Shown: positions 25,190 to 38,874, numbered from the whole stretch's first letter. The stretch: 63,009 nt of DNA, filler included, from Chiloscyllium plagiosum (GCF_004010195.1; 5 parts of one record of this genome joined end to end with filler, not necessarily neighbours in it); one strand, 5' to 3'. Program-made: numbers and translations. Notes: generated by a model from the sequence alone, not told the origin.

Positions 25190-25557
25190 CCGTATATACT
25201 TGAGTAATAGTCAAATTCTTTTGACTACTTTTCAAGGTTAAATATAGAGGAACAACTATTACACGGGTACTACTTTTGAATGACTGAAGTTCATGCCTAT
25301 CAAAATTCATACCATGTCATTAGCAGAACCCCAACTGATCTCAATGAATAAAGAAAAAAACACAACGAATTACGGTAATTCTGAAAACCCAGAGTGGAGC
25401 TCGACTGCTGGCAAACTGACTCATAAATGTTGACATGTTGTCTGTGAAGGACTGGGGTTGGCTTTTACATGAGATGCATGGAAAGTTCCAGATTTTTAAA
25501 GCCAAAAATAGGGGGCTGTCTTTTACATGAGATCGACTATTACTCGAGTATATACAG
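25190..25557. mobile_element. Tc1/mariner-superfamily (Tc2/pogo-like) MITE, 368 bp
   Basis: TIRs ccgtatatacttgagtaatagtc / gactattactcgagtatatacag; TA TSD at 25188-89 and 25558-59; removing it restores CR1 cata|gttccttgaaag. Confidence 0.9.
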
Positions 25558-26222
25558 TAGTTCCTTGAAAGTGGAGTTATTGGTAGGCAAGATGGTGAAG
25601 AAGGCGATTGACATGCTTGTTTTCATTGGTCAGAACACTGAGTGTAGAAGTTAAGACATCATGTTGTAGCTGTACAGGACATTGGTGATGCCACGTTTAT
25701 GTACAATTCTGGTTGTCCTTCTATGGGAAGGATGCTGTTAAACCTTAGAGGGTGCAGAAAAAACTTATCAGGATGTTGCCAGGACTGGAAGATTTTAGTT
25801 ATAGGAAGAGACTGAATAGGCTAGGGCTTTTTTGTTCTGGAGCACTGGAGGCTAATGGGTGACCTTATAGAAGTTTATAAAATCACAAGGGGAATGGATA
25901 GGATGAACAGCCAAAATTTTCCTCCGAAGGTGGGGGAATCCAAAACTATAGGGCATAGGTTTACGGTGAGAGAAGAAAGAGTTAAACAGCACCCACGAAG
26001 TAACTTTTTCATGCAGAGGGTAGTGCTTGTATGGAACAAGCTGCCTGGGGAATTGTGTACAATTACAACATTTAAAAGGCATCTGGATGGGTATGTACAG
26101 AGGAAGGGTTTAGAGGGATATGAGCCAAGTGCTGGCAAATGGGACTAGGTCAGATTGAGATGTCTGGTTGGTGTGGACAAGTTGGATGGAAGGATCCATT
26201 TTTGTGCTGTATGACTCTATGA

Positions 26223-26490
26223 CCAGAGGGCATAGTCTCATAGTAAGGGGGTCATACATTTAAGACAGTTAAGGAGGTATTTCTTCTCTGAGGGTTGAAA
26301 ATCTGTGGAACTGTTTATCACAGGGGGCTGTTGAGGCTTGGCCATTAGGTATATTCAAGGCTCAATAAGGGAATGAAGGGTTACAGGGAAAATGCAGGAA
26401 AGTGAAGTTGAGGATTATCAGGTAAGCTATCTCATTAAATGGCAAAATGAACATGGGCTGAGTGGCCTACATCTGCTCGTATGCCTTATG
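26223..26490 (+). mobile_element. Old CR1 3' fragment
   Basis: RGHSL...FF..RV.NLWN.L remnant; ggctgagtggcctac terminus. Confidence 0.7.
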
Positions 26491-26499
26491 CAGGAGATA

Positions 26500-26869
26500 T
26501 ACAGAATGAGGGCGGGGACAAAGGAAAAGACTTGCAAGGGAAGGGACAGTGGGAGAGGAGAAGTTAAAGGGAAGACTATAGACATGAGAAAGGAACTAGC
26601 AATGAGTGGGCAAAGAGGGAGAACAAGAGCAAGAGAATGTGTGTGGAGGGGAAGATGTTGGGATTTAGCTGAAGGTAAGAGCAGGGAAGGTTACGAAGTC
26701 AGGAAACAGATGGGTGGGTGGAAGAGAGTGGATGCAAAGAAACGAAATGGGAGAATTGGGAAGAGAGTGGAAGGAGAAAGTGTAGGTGAAAGTGAGGGTG
26801 CAGGGGAATGGGTGGGGTCTGAGCAAAAGTAGGGTCAGAGTAAGTGGGAAAGGGAGATGGTTGTGAGGA
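26500..26869. repeat. Purine-rich low-complexity tract
   Basis: G/A-rich run ending at the gap; a similar tract lies at 23780-24000. Confidence 0.6.
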
Positions 26870-27842
26870 NNNNNNNNNNNNNNNNNNNNNNNNNNNNNNN
26901 NNNNNNNNNNNNNTTAATTAATTAANNNNNNNNNNNNNNNNNNNNNNNNNNNNNNNNNNNNNNNNNNNNTCCCTAAGACTGATCCCACAACTTCTGTTTA
27001 TCCGGCCTTGTCCGTGACAAATGCCTATCTCTGGCCCCATAAGGTCGTTTGACGTCATCCCACTGCAGGTCATCGTTAGAAGTATTTTTTCTTTATCAGT
27101 ATCTATTCCTTTCATCTGGGCCTCTCCAGAGGCCACTCTGACCTTTATGACCTCTTTAATTAGGGTTTGTTCCTATGTCTCCGTACAAGTGGGAAACCTA
27201 CTGTTTATACAGGCCTCTCTTCACAGCATTTTATCTAGTGCCTGTATTTCTACCATTGTTTTGCAGTCACGTCTCATGCTGACATACCATTTTTAGCTGA
27301 GACAAAAACAATTATGTATTTCCTCCACATAGTCCCCATTCTTGTTGACTCAGGTCTTGGCTGAAACAATTACACACTGATGTGAGTTCATTTACTCTGT
27401 ATCAAAACTTATAATTGCAGAAATAACATTAATTTACCTATATCCCACAGTCAATTATGTGCCCGAGAAACTTATTTTACATTGATAATACTTACTTATA
27501 TTAAAGGTCTTTTGGATTCTTCAATATCATGAGGCCCATATCCAGTTTCTCATGTTACACGAGCTAACCAAATTATTGCTGCAGTAAAAGACAGGAGAAT
27601 AAGCTTTTTTTTTGAAGAGGAATTGTCAGAGAGACTCATCGAGTTTGTCTTTTACTCGACAACAAATATAGTCCTCAGGACGGATTGCTTGAGCAAAAAG
27701 TAAAGCCGTAGCAATGATTCAATTATTTGAGCATGGATACAAGTTTGATTTCATAATGGTAACCAACAATAATTACATATCTTAGGTCCAGTCAACAATA
27801 TCGTTACGGTCAACAAAATGTGCCAAACCACCAATATTTGTA

Positions 27843-29100
27843 ACAAAAACCAAAAGAATTGAGGATGCTGTAATTTAGAAACAACAACAGAAGTTGCTGG
27901 TAAAGCTCAGCAGGTCTGGCAGCTTCTGTGAAGAGAAATCAGAATTAACATGGATAAGGGTGGGAGAGGAGAAGGGGGGGGGGGGGGGGGGGGGGGGGGT
28001 AAGGAGTAAATGATAGGTGTGAATAGAGCTCAAAAAGAGAGAAGAGCAGTTGGACAGAAACAGGAGTAAATAACGATCTGGCTAGGAGGGTGAATAGCTG
28101 TTAACGGAGACTGTTAGCGCCTAACAATAGGTAATGTATAATGGCAAAATATGTGATAACAAGACCTGTTTATGGCAGTGTGTGGGCTTGAACATAGGAG
28201 AGTTCAGGCCCCAAAATTATTGTAGGTGATATTGATTCCAGAGGGCTGCAGGTTCCCCAAGCAGAAAATTTCCAACTTGTGCTGAGCTTCATGAGATCAC
28301 TGCAGCAAGCCTGAGACAGAGGTGGTTGGCCAGTGAACAGGGAACAGGGTTAAAATGGCAGGCAACTGAAAGCTCAGGCTCTTTTTTGCTGGCGGAACAT
28401 AAATGTTCTGCAAAGCAGTCACCCATTCTACACTTCGTTTCCCTGGTGTAGAGGAGATCACATTGTGAGCAGTGAGTGCAGTAGACTAGAATGTGAGAAG
28501 TGCAGGTAAAATGTTGCTTCACTTGGAAGATATATTTGGGCCCTTAGTGGCTGAGGAGGGAGAGGTAAATGAACATTTGTTACATCTATGGTGATCGCAG
28601 GGGAAGGTGCCGTAGAGCTGTGGAGGGTGGGAGGGGGAGGTGTGGCAAGTGAAGGAAGAGTGGACCAGGATGCCCCGGAGGGAATGGTTCCTGCAGATGG
28701 TGGACAAGAGAGGTGAGGGGAATATGTGTTTGGTGGTAACATCTTGCTGGAGCTAGCAGAAATGGGGGCTGATTACCTTCTGGATGTAGATGCTGATGGG
28801 ATGGTAGGTAAGGACAAGGGGAACGCTATCACTGTTGTGGAAGGGAAGAGAGATGGTGAGGACAGAAGTGTGGGAGATTGGTCGGACCCAGTTGAGGGCT
28901 CTGTCGACAAAGGTTCTGGGGAGTCTTCAGTGGAAGAAGAAGGTGGGCATTTCGGAGCCTCCCTTGTTGAAGTTAGCCTCGGCGGAACGTACATGATGGA
29001 GAAGGAAGAACTGGGAGAATGTAATGGAGTCTTTACAGGAAGCAAGGTGCGAGGATGTATAGTCCAGGTAGTTGTGGGAGTCAGTGGGTTTATAGTGGAA
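27843..29100 (-). mobile_element. Penelope-like element 3' part (RT thumb, GIY-YIG, terminus)
   Basis: YKPTDSHNYLDYTSSH...FSQF (28927-29127); FTCTS..LVYC.HC.QC.LLY..ETK...F.EHL...VACHFN (28289-28522). Confidence 0.92.
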
Positions 29101-29611
29101 CAAATGCAGTTTGCTGAGCCCATCCAAAACTGTTCAGCTTTTCTTGACATGCGTAAAGCATGCTGTCTCAAGTGACGTTGTTAATGCAAGTGCTGAAAGT
29201 CTGGAGATCTGATAATCTGGTAGACCATCTCAACGCTGGCAGCTGGAAAAGTGTTAAGAATGTGCACAGTCATGATTGTACCAAGTGGTGGAAGAGGCTT
29301 GAGGGGGTGAACTGTCTACTTCTGCTCCTAGTTCCTTATGTTCTTGCAAATGCAACCATGTTGATGAAGTTCACCTTCAACCAAGCAAAACACAAATTTC
29401 GGAAGATTATCACACCTCCTGTATTGTTAATCATCCACATTATGTCTGTGGTATAAGATGACCTGAAGCTTATACAAGGTATCCAAGGCACTAATATTAT
29501 ACAACATGAAGTGGCACATTGACACATACTGAAAGTTAAAATCAACATGTGAAATTGCTCCAACGCATTACCAGTACACATCCGAAAGCATTTAACCAAG
29601 TGGCATCCATG

Positions 29612-29712
29612 GTATAGAGTCGATAAAGTGTGGAGCTGGAAAAAGCACAGCAGGTGAAGCAACATCAGAGGAGGAGGGGAGTCACCTCAGGTCAGGACAT
29701 TTCATCTGGAAT
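29612..29712 (-). mobile_element. Short PLE terminal fragment
   Basis: agtgtggagctggaaaaagcacagcagg...ttcatctggaat; imperfect flanking duplication atccatggtatagag / atccatagtagag. Confidence 0.6.
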
Positions 29713-29749
29713 CCATAGTAGAGCCAAGGAGAGACTACTGTATAGCAGC

Positions 29750-29943
29750 CATGATGTGGATGAGCTGGTGTTGGACTGGGGTGGACAAAGTTAAAACTCA
29801 CACAACACCAGGTTATAGTCTATCAGATTTATTTGGAAGCATTAGCTTTTGGAGTGCTACCTGGTGAACGAGCAGCCCTCCGAAAGCTCGTGCTTCCAAG
29901 GTAACCTATTGGACTATAACCTGGTATTATGTGACTTTTAACT
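29750..29943. mobile_element. Fold-back element of a second PLE family
   Basis: Arms cacacaacaccaggttatagtc...ttggaagc / gcttccaa...gactataacctggtattatgtg, with a decayed hammerhead-like core in the centre. Confidence 0.75.
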
Positions 29944-32900
29944 GAGTAACAGATCACTAATTCTGTTCAATTGGCAGAATCATACCACAGAACCAACACG
30001 CAAACTCATCTTCAACTTCACGATATTTTCTTCTCAGTAGATACCAACAATCCAGAGTTGAGAGGGCTACCAGTTTGCACAGGTCTCAGTGTGGTCACAT
30101 CCACTGTGGTGGAACAAACCACATGTGATGCATATGAATCAGTCAATGACCTCAAACCACTTTACTCAGGTGGATTTGCAGTATTTGGAATTTTTAAGGA
30201 TGATGCATCATTACAGCTTTAAAATCATGTAGACAAGGACTCCACAGTCAAGAAAAGCTTCAAGTGGAACTGAACAAGATGGAACAAAATGGTATAATTC
30301 GGAAGGTCAACCAACACACAGATCTTAATTTCAAAGAAAGATTCCACGACATGCCTCTCTTAAAAGGTGTCCATAAAACTTTCAAAAGCTAAAAAAAATC
30401 ATAAATTTTCCAGACCATGATTATTTTCCAAGTTAGATGCAATGGATAGTTAGCATCTGCCTGTTGAGCAGAAGTATCAGAAAAACTCAAAACAGTTAGA
30501 ATGCCTTTTGGACTGGACTAGCTCTGATGGTTACCATTTGAACTATCAGTTACACCAAGATCTATTTCGGTCACACATGGATAGGGTTAGTGGGAATATA
30601 CTTAATGATATTTGTATAGTTGACAATATGGCAGTCGCAGTAAGATAAAGACAGAGCATGAACATCAGCTTCATTTACTAATGTCAGCAGTGCATTGACA
30701 AGGATTGGCATTGCCAGGTCACTGTCAGCCAGATAAAGCCTTTGGTTGTAATCATGTCATCTCGATCCAGGTAAGATATAAGATGTTAAACAACTGCTGA
30801 TCCCATAGGATAAGGAGGATCGATGATGTATCTTTCAGATGTACCCATTGAGAGGTTTGTTCAAGAAGGACCATTCCTATGTGTGACAAGACAACCACCA
30901 ATAAGTCTCCAAGTCTCTCAAGCAGGTTCTGTCATTGAAATTTTGCCAACTGCAATACTGTAGCCCCATGAAAGCAATGGTTCTCGAATTGTATGTGTCA
31001 TAAAAAAGCATTTAGAACACAAAAGACTTGTCATTTCCACAAGCCAACTGTTCCTTGCAGACCATGAAATATTCTGGTATTTGGTATCATGTAGTTTAAC
31101 ACATACTTACTTGGCAAAATATTCACTGTTGAAATGATGTCCTGCAAACTGCTAATGGGTATACCATCATGTTTGCAAGAGCTATCTGTCAGAGTGCAAG
31201 GCCATGACTTTGTAGTGAGATATAGACCAAGTATCAAGATGGTTTTGTCTGAAATGCTGAGCACATTACTCAACAACACAAGAAGAATAAGTTAGTCCTC
31301 CTGATCTACATATTGATGCTCATGGTTATGAAGCTGAAGATGTTCTCAAGGTTTGACCAGAGCCAGTTTAAACTATTATGGTCATCCATTGCAGAAATGA
31401 TCAACTGCAAGAGTTGAAAGCGATTATTATCCAGAGAAGGCCTAACCATATTAAAGGTATTACCTGAGAATATTTGTTCATTTTGGTCATACAGAGACAA
31501 ACTTGGTATATCATAGCAAGTCATTTTCAAGGGCAAACTAGTCCAAATGTGAAAACAGTTACATCACTGTCTCATGCACGTGTTACACTCAGAACATATA
31601 GATATTGGATGCACAAAATGACTGGCTTCTGAATCTGTCTACTTGTTGGGGATGAAATCAGGATATTCAAGAACATATGCAGCATGCTAAACACATCAAC
31701 CTAAACAGCAGGATGATCATCACCATAAACATAATGTTCCACTGACTCCTTGGACAAAAGCGACAGTCGACCTACTCACAGTGCATGAGGATGATTACTT
31801 CAATGCGATGGGTAACTTCAATATATTTTCCATTGTTCAATTGCTTAGAAACACAATGACTACTGCTGTAACTGTGTGCTATTTTCAGTTTATTGATTAT
31901 CCATAACAGGTTGTGTTAGATAATGGACTGCACTACTCTGGCAAACTGATTGAAACCATTTGTACTAAATGGTGAGTAACCCATATCACATTATCATGTC
32001 ATTACCAATACTCAAATGGCCTAGCAAACTACAGTACGTACAATCATTAAAAGTCAAGCAACAAAGCAAGACTTTTGCACTGCATTGCTGCACTTGCATT
32101 CAACAATAAAGAAACAGGGGCTATCATCGCCAGAGCAACTTACACTTTGAAGGAAATTGTGGACAACCTTGCCCAGAAACTATATATTGAAACATCCTGA
32201 GGCACAAGACATGCTTGAAACACAGAGGAGAATAAGAGGGGTACATGATGAAAGAGCAGGTGAAGAACAATCAAAACTGTGCACAGGACAGAAAGTGAGT
32301 TATAAATGCAAATACGATATTTGGATACTAGCAAGGGCTCATAGAATGTGCAAACAGGTCAAATCATATGAAGTAATTACTGATCATAGTGCCACATTGC
32401 AAAGGAACTGAAGCCAACTCAGATCTCTGTATCCACGAAGAGATTGAGGAAGAACACTCCAGTATGAATAATAATCTAGTGAGACAATTTGACCTGCATG
32501 ATGTTGATTTTCTTGAGTGCTGTTGAAGGTACATCTGTCTAGACAACTGGGGACTATTCCATTCTTGTAGGTAGAGGCAGACATTGAGGATACAGAAGGT
32601 GCGTTGCTCACTACAGAATTCCTGGTCTCTGAACTGCTGTTGACAACACCTTTTCAAACATCCATGTCCATCGTGTTTTAATTTTGAGAAGCCAGTGGCT
32701 AGCTAAAGTAATGGCTAACTGAAGTAGCCTCAGACAGTGACAGAGGAGCGTGGGTGGCAAGGATGACTATCTCCATTTACTAGGAAATGAATCAACTTAT
32801 AATATTCACTATCAGACCCTCAAACACTCACCCTTCAGCTGATCACCATCCACCCATCCCAGATGCCCACTCTATAAATCCATGACCCCTCCATGCTCCC

Positions 32901-35900
32901 TCATGTCCTCATATCCCCCATACTCCCATGCCCTCTTCACATATCCATGCCCCATCCGTACAGGATCATACCTTAATGCTCTTTAAATGTGACCCTATCT
33001 CCCCATATCATCATGCCCTACATTTCTTCTCCATGGCCATTCACTAAGTGTCCAGTATGGACAGACCTTTGGAGCCATTTAATTACAATGAAAGGGTTTT
33101 GAAATAGAAATGAAAAAAATAAACGTTTAGAAATCTAATACAGTTGTTATTTAAATCCACTTCATGCTGAAAAAATGTCCTGTAGAGTTACATATAATGT
33201 ACAGCTTATTCTGTCGTTTCTCTCACTGCTTTTCATTCCATTTTCTCTCTTAAATTTGCAGCTGCTTCAAATTTAACTCCATGTAGTGAATCATTTCTAA
33301 CCTTCATCGAGGTTCCTGTCCATTTTCAGGGCTTCCCTTTGAATCCTCACAGTTTTCAGTTTAATCAATAGATGCTCACGTGGAATTTTATCCAAAGCCT
33401 TTGTAATTGAGGACGCTCAGTTTTGTGAGGCTTATCATCATGCTAACATCAAACCATTTTGTACCTTTGCTCCTTGTTAGCCATTATGAAGAGCTGCTTG
33501 TTTTTGTTTGTATCTCTGACTGCTACTCTTTGAGCTGATGAGAGGTTTGGTTCTCAGCACTATCAGGAACACAGAAACCGGGTTGCAAATTATCTAGTAC
33601 TGACAACAGGAGTAATGCAAGCCTGTCATTGCCTGCATGTCATAAATTTAAAATTGCCTTAAGCTCAAATCAAGAACTGTAGACCAGTTGAGAGGCCTTC
33701 AATCGTGTCTTTTGAGTAGGTCAACTTAATTGGGCATCCTTACATCATCCCCATCCTTACAGTAAGATTAATTGCTACTCAAAATCTTTTATATTAAAGC
33801 ATAACATGTCACATTGCGTTTGAGTTGCTGGTTAGACAAATGGATGTGTAGTAATTGGATATGTTATCCAGTAGGTTTGATTCTGCAGCTTTTGTTCAAG
33901 GGTGGAACCAGCAAAGCCTCTTTATTTTTCCATTAACCAGTTAGGTTAAACTGAAACCTTAAATAAAATATAACTGGTGAAGATGGTGGACGACTGACAA
34001 TAAGTATTGAGCATCCAGAGGATGGGTGTATTTCCATTAATTTTTTTGAATGACAGCCCTGTAGCAAGATCCTGCCCTGGTCAGAAAGTAAATCCACACA
34101 CAATATTTGCTGTAGAATGGAAGAAGATGAAATCTAATGGGACCAAAAAACATGAATATAATAGCTGATCAGTCATATATATATATTACTGATGGGATTT
34201 TTGTTTGGAATATTGATTGTAAAATATTTAGCTTAACGACAATGTTCTTTCAATTGTAAATGGAATTAAACCTGTGATTCTAGCATGAGATGAGCATTAG
34301 CTATGAGTATGGTGAATGAACAAGCTACAGTATTACTGCCTGCAGTGGCAGGTTAGTGCACACATACTCACCACTGATAAGTCTCTCAGGAAGCAAAAGT
34401 CAGGAAAGAGTGAGATAGGTTGCCCTTTGCTCTCAATGGGATTACATCTCGGGTGAGGGTGTGTGTGGAGTTGAGATGGAAGTCACCCTGGCTCTGAGAG
34501 ATGTCAAGAATCACTATCGTAAATACTTTCTGTGGGTGATATCTGTTAATGTAGACCATGGCGTGAACTGCTTACAATTTGCTATCAATTTAACTGCATG
34601 ACCAGGACATCTTGAGCAGCTTATGACTGAAAGTAAGATAAGAAACTTTGAAATTACTGAGCTTGTCATCTGTTGTTGAAGCAGAAAATGACCCCGATTA
34701 TTGTTGCTCAACCATTTAATTGCATCTTGCATATAAAATCTCAGTAAGTCTTCTTTCAGAAGAACTGCTGCTGGCTGAGATATTTTGATTCATTCCGATT
34801 TATAGTGATGTCTAATTTGGAACAAGAGCTTACATTTATCCACTTCAGAAAAACGCCAACTGTAACCGAGGAAAACAAAATGGGTTGAATTTTCCCATTT
34901 TGTGCCTGGGTGATTTTTTCGGGGAGCTTCCTAACTTGGCAAATTTTCTCACACAGTCTTCCGATGCTCACCTTGTTAATTATGCATCCAGTTTCGAAAG
35001 CGCCCTCTCTGTCCAGTCGTGCTCACTGATGCTGAGACAGTGTGCCAATTGTTCTGCTGGTGCTATATTTAAACCCAACTTGGTACCACTTCAAACACCG
35101 TAAGCTAGGAGCTGCCCTTCATAGTCTACTGTTCAACCATTTGTGGCAATGAGATGTCACAAGTGATCCCTGCCATTTCAGAAAAAGGGAAGGAATGGGG
35201 ATGAGGGATAGTAGACATCTGTTTTCCAATGGACCACTAAAAGAAATCACAGTGCCAGTCTTAGCCAATCTAGACACAGACTCCAGCCCAGGTCAATGCT
35301 ATTTTGTATACTTAAAGAAAAACCAAGCAATGAGGAAGAAGGATCATGATCTTCTGTGCTACACAGTGACAAGTGTTGCTATATTTTTTCTGGTACTTCA
35401 CATTTACTGTAGCTTTACTACTGCACACAAATCTCACCAACAGTTGGACTGCCGGCCTCACTACTGCACGCAACATCCTCACTCATTGGTTCTCATCCAC
35501 CTCATCCTCTTTAACTACTAACTCTACCTGTACACCACCAGCACCACCACTTCCTACTGTAACATTGGGGCACCTCACCATCTCTGCTGCTCCTGCACCA
35601 CCACCAACAATTCTTCTGTACATTTTCACCACACTCAATCTCTTCTTTTTCCTCATTCCAGCAGAAAGTCAGGAATTGTCTGTCTACAGTTTCTCAGCAG
35701 TGCATGGGAGAATCACGGACTGTATGTAAATAAGTTGAGATTAACTAATAATGAATGCAAACAAATGAGAATAAAGTAGACACTTTTCATTAGTGAGATT
35801 AAGAATTTGCTGTTTAATCTTTAATGGGAAAATTGGAAGCTTCTTCTTAACACTGAAAATCAGGTATTTTCATTCTTGCGGTATTTTCCCATGATTCTCA

Positions 35901-36199
35901 TTGCTGAAGGCTTGGGAAAAATCTGCTCAAAGACATTTCATAAATTTTAAAGATTTATTGGATTAAATTTCAAATTACAACAGACAATTCTGAAAATAAA
36001 CAATTAGTCTTTGTCTATAAGCAGGAGAAGCAATTAATGAACTTTGTCCGAATGAAGGTTTGGAGGAATAGCAACAATTTCAGTAAGTTTGGAAAATGTA
36101 GAGAAATAAGGGCAGAAATGTAAGGAAAAGAACCAAAAAAAATGTTGATTATATAGCAAATGTCAGGTAGAAAATATAAATAAATTATCACGTGAAATC

Positions 36200-36600
36200 A
36201 TAGCATCATAGAATCTTACAGCACAGAGATCATTAGACCCACTGTGTCCTTCGGAAAGAGCTATCTAATTAGCCAATTTTCTATCCTTTCCCCATGGTGC
36301 AGTAAATCTATCCTTTTCAAGTACTTAACTAATGCCATATAAAAGTCAGTTATAGATTAACTTACAGTAACCTTCTAGGTAGCACATACTAGATCGTAAC
36401 AATTTACTGCATGAAACTCATTCCTTATCCATCTCCTCATTTGCTCTTTTTTGCTACCACTCCTCCAGCCAGTGGAAGCAGTTTATCCTTGACTCCTATC
36501 AAAATGCATCATGACTTTGATACCACTATTTCCCTTTAATCTTCCCTTCTCAAAGAAAGAAAAACTATTTCGCACTTTTGCATTATGCCTTTCACAACTA
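36200..36600 (-). mobile_element. Old CR1 3' fragment
   Basis: catcatagaatcttacagcacag tail; FSFFEKGRLKG remnant on the minus strand. Confidence 0.55.
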
Positions 36601-36751
36601 TCACACATCTCATAGAGCTTTATAGACAATAATGTATTTTTGAGGGGTTCTGAAGAAAGGTTATTATGAATGCAAAATATTAACTGTTTTCTTTCCACAA
36701 ATGCTGACAGACTTGCTGAGTTTCATCAGCATTTTCTCTTTTTTTACTTTT

Positions 36752-38637
36752 TTTAAATAGGTATTTTTATTGAAGAAAAGGAAATTTTTAAAGATTTTTT
36801 TACAAAATTACAAAAGTAATACAAACAAGTATAAACATCAATATAAAATTAAATAAATAAGAAAAAAGATAAGAAATCAATAATAACCGAAACAAAAAAA
36901 AGAGAAAAACCCAACTAACCACTGATCTATCCTATAAACAACCAAAACATAAAAATAGGATATCATACATTACTAGCAATAAACAACAGAATAATTAAAT
37001 AACTTAGTACATGCTCAAAATAGATTTACATCAAGTCATAATGAAACCCGTATTTATGTGGGATTCCTCCTCCTGGGGGTCCCCAGTCCAGCCAGAACCA
37101 TTACCACAGCCAGACAATAGCCCTGGCAATATGGCCAAAATATCTGTGTCGATATAGTTCAGAAAGGGCTGCCATATTTTATAGAATAATTCAGTTTATT
37201 GGTGCATCATATTTGTGAAGAAGTCAAGGGGGATATATTCCATGACTATTCTGTGCCAGTTCGAAAGTCCTGGAGGGCCTTCAGCTGCCCAATTCACTAA
37301 AATATTTTTCCTTGCACAAAAGGAGAGAATGGAAAATAGTTCCCTCCCGTGCACGTCCAGGGAGGGGAAATCTGAACACCCAACAGTAGAGACACTGAAT
37401 CCAATCTAATCTCCGTACCCAAGATCTCTGTCAAGGCATTCGCTACTCTATCCCAAAACCAGCGGATCTTATGGCACGTCCATAGAACTTATCAGACGGA
37501 TCTTGTTTTCCATTTCGGTGGTCGCTGGAAGGTTTTCTATACTTAGGTATTTTTATCACCCCAGTATTTGGTCAGCTGTATAAAGCCAATTTTGTGCACC
37601 TATTAGAGAAAATAAGGCAAGACCTTTAATGCTGGGGAGATCTCCCAATATCCTGGCTGGGCAGAGTAGCCCTAGTTAAAATGAATATTCTACCTTGTCT
37701 TCTATATCCTAAGAGATTGCTCCCTCTGATGTTGCCGAGACTGGCATTGCATTAGCTCCATGGCTGGCTTAGTTTCTTTATCTGGAATCAGAGACGGCCC
37801 CTTATCAAATCAGAAAAGCTGCAGCTTCCACTGGCAAGGGGAGGACTGGATTTTCCAGACTTTAGGAGGTATCAATTGAGCTCCTTATTATCCTATGTGG
37901 CTGGTTGGGTCTCTTGTGACCCACAATCAATTTGGTTAGACATTGAGACATCCCAAGCAAAGTGTCCCCTCATCAATCTTTTATTTATGGATAAGATGAG
38001 AGCTATTATGGACTATTGCAAAAACCCTATTGCATTAAATACAATTAAAGCCTGGAGGATAATGCAACAAGATGAGGGTAACCTGCAAAAAAACCTCCCC
38101 TTATACTCCTATAGTGGGAGCATCGGGATTTCAGCCAGGGCTGACAGACAGTACATTTAAAACTTGGAAGTCCAGAGGTATCTCCTGCTTGAGGGACCTG
38201 TTCGATGGGGAGGTTATGATGTCTTTTGAGCAATTGCACCAGAAGTTTGGACTGCCTAACGGGGACCTTTTTCGGTATTTCCAAACACGAGATTATATAC
38301 AGAAGAAGACCACATTGATAGGCAATCCTTACAAATCGGATAGGGAAAGGAGAGTGCTATGGCTGATGGAGCCGCCCTCTTTATCACTCATTATATAATG
38401 AGGTATTGAAAGACATGGAACGATTATTTAAAACATGGAACCAAGAATTGGGGTTAGAAATCTCTTTAGAAATATGGGAGGGCATCTGGGAAAATGCCAG
38501 AAAGATCTCTATTTGTAATAGAACTCAAGCTATTCAAATAAAGATATTCCACAGGGCTCATATAGCACCTGAACGGCTTGAAAAATTTAAGGAAGGAGTA
38601 TCCCCTATGTGTCCTAAATTCAAAACAGAAGTTGGCA
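36752..38637 (-). mobile_element. L1-clade LINE, 5'-truncated with 5' inversion (37486-38637 on +)
   Basis: Plus part: FLYLGIFIT, WLGRVALVKMNILP, FIWN, GGL.FPDF, ...SPMCPK.KTEVGTL. Minus part: LWTCHKIRWFW through the 3' UTR and A-tail. TSD ctc(t6-7)actttt at 36736-36751 and 38638-38652. Confidence 0.88.
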
Positions 38638-38874
38638 CTCTTTTTTACTTTTGAGGTGTAGTCACTGTAGGAATGATCCAATGATGTCTAGCCTTTTTAA
38701 ATAACTAAGGTTGCCCCTTACCTGACACAATTAGAATAAATCTCTTCTGCAACACTTGTAATAGCTTGACATCCTTATTGTATGTGTATGTTTGACTTTG
38801 GTGGTCTTCGGAGATAAAGTCATAATAGGCAAAGGTTGGGGAAGGCATAAAAAGCATAAGGAAGCCTGAGTTAT

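Larger units (their letters stand above)
24000..26222 (+). mobile_element. CR1 RT and 3' UTR carrying two nested insertions
   Basis: DKSP.PD, YMDFSKAFNKVPHGRL, ADDTK, RT C-terminus and ctgtatgactctatga tail. Confidence 0.92.
27500..32450 (+). mobile_element. Decayed Ty3/Gypsy internal region (gag, protease, RT, RNase H, integrase) with nested PLE and CR1 pieces
   Basis: Gag knuckle remnant CSAF...KAC (~29130-29190); protease-like LKVKIN...NALP (~29530); RT FSKLDA (~30425), PFGL (~30503), decayed VDN (~30620); integrase PWTK..VDL (~31748) and VLDNG (~31914). Left (gag) boundary uncertain. Confidence 0.75.

Noticed and set aside
26914..26925. ttaattaattaa palindrome inside N-runs (also 41209-41220, 47504-47515, 56563-56574)
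   Set aside because: Identical six-frame-stop spacer added during scaffolding; not biological.
26970..27480. Possible LTR upstream of the Gypsy remnant
   Set aside because: Left end lost in the gap, no matching copy after 32450 and no PBS recognised.
27975..27999. Long poly-G run (G-quadruplex candidate)
   Set aside because: Homopolymer expansion within a PLE 3' region; length is prone to sequencing error.
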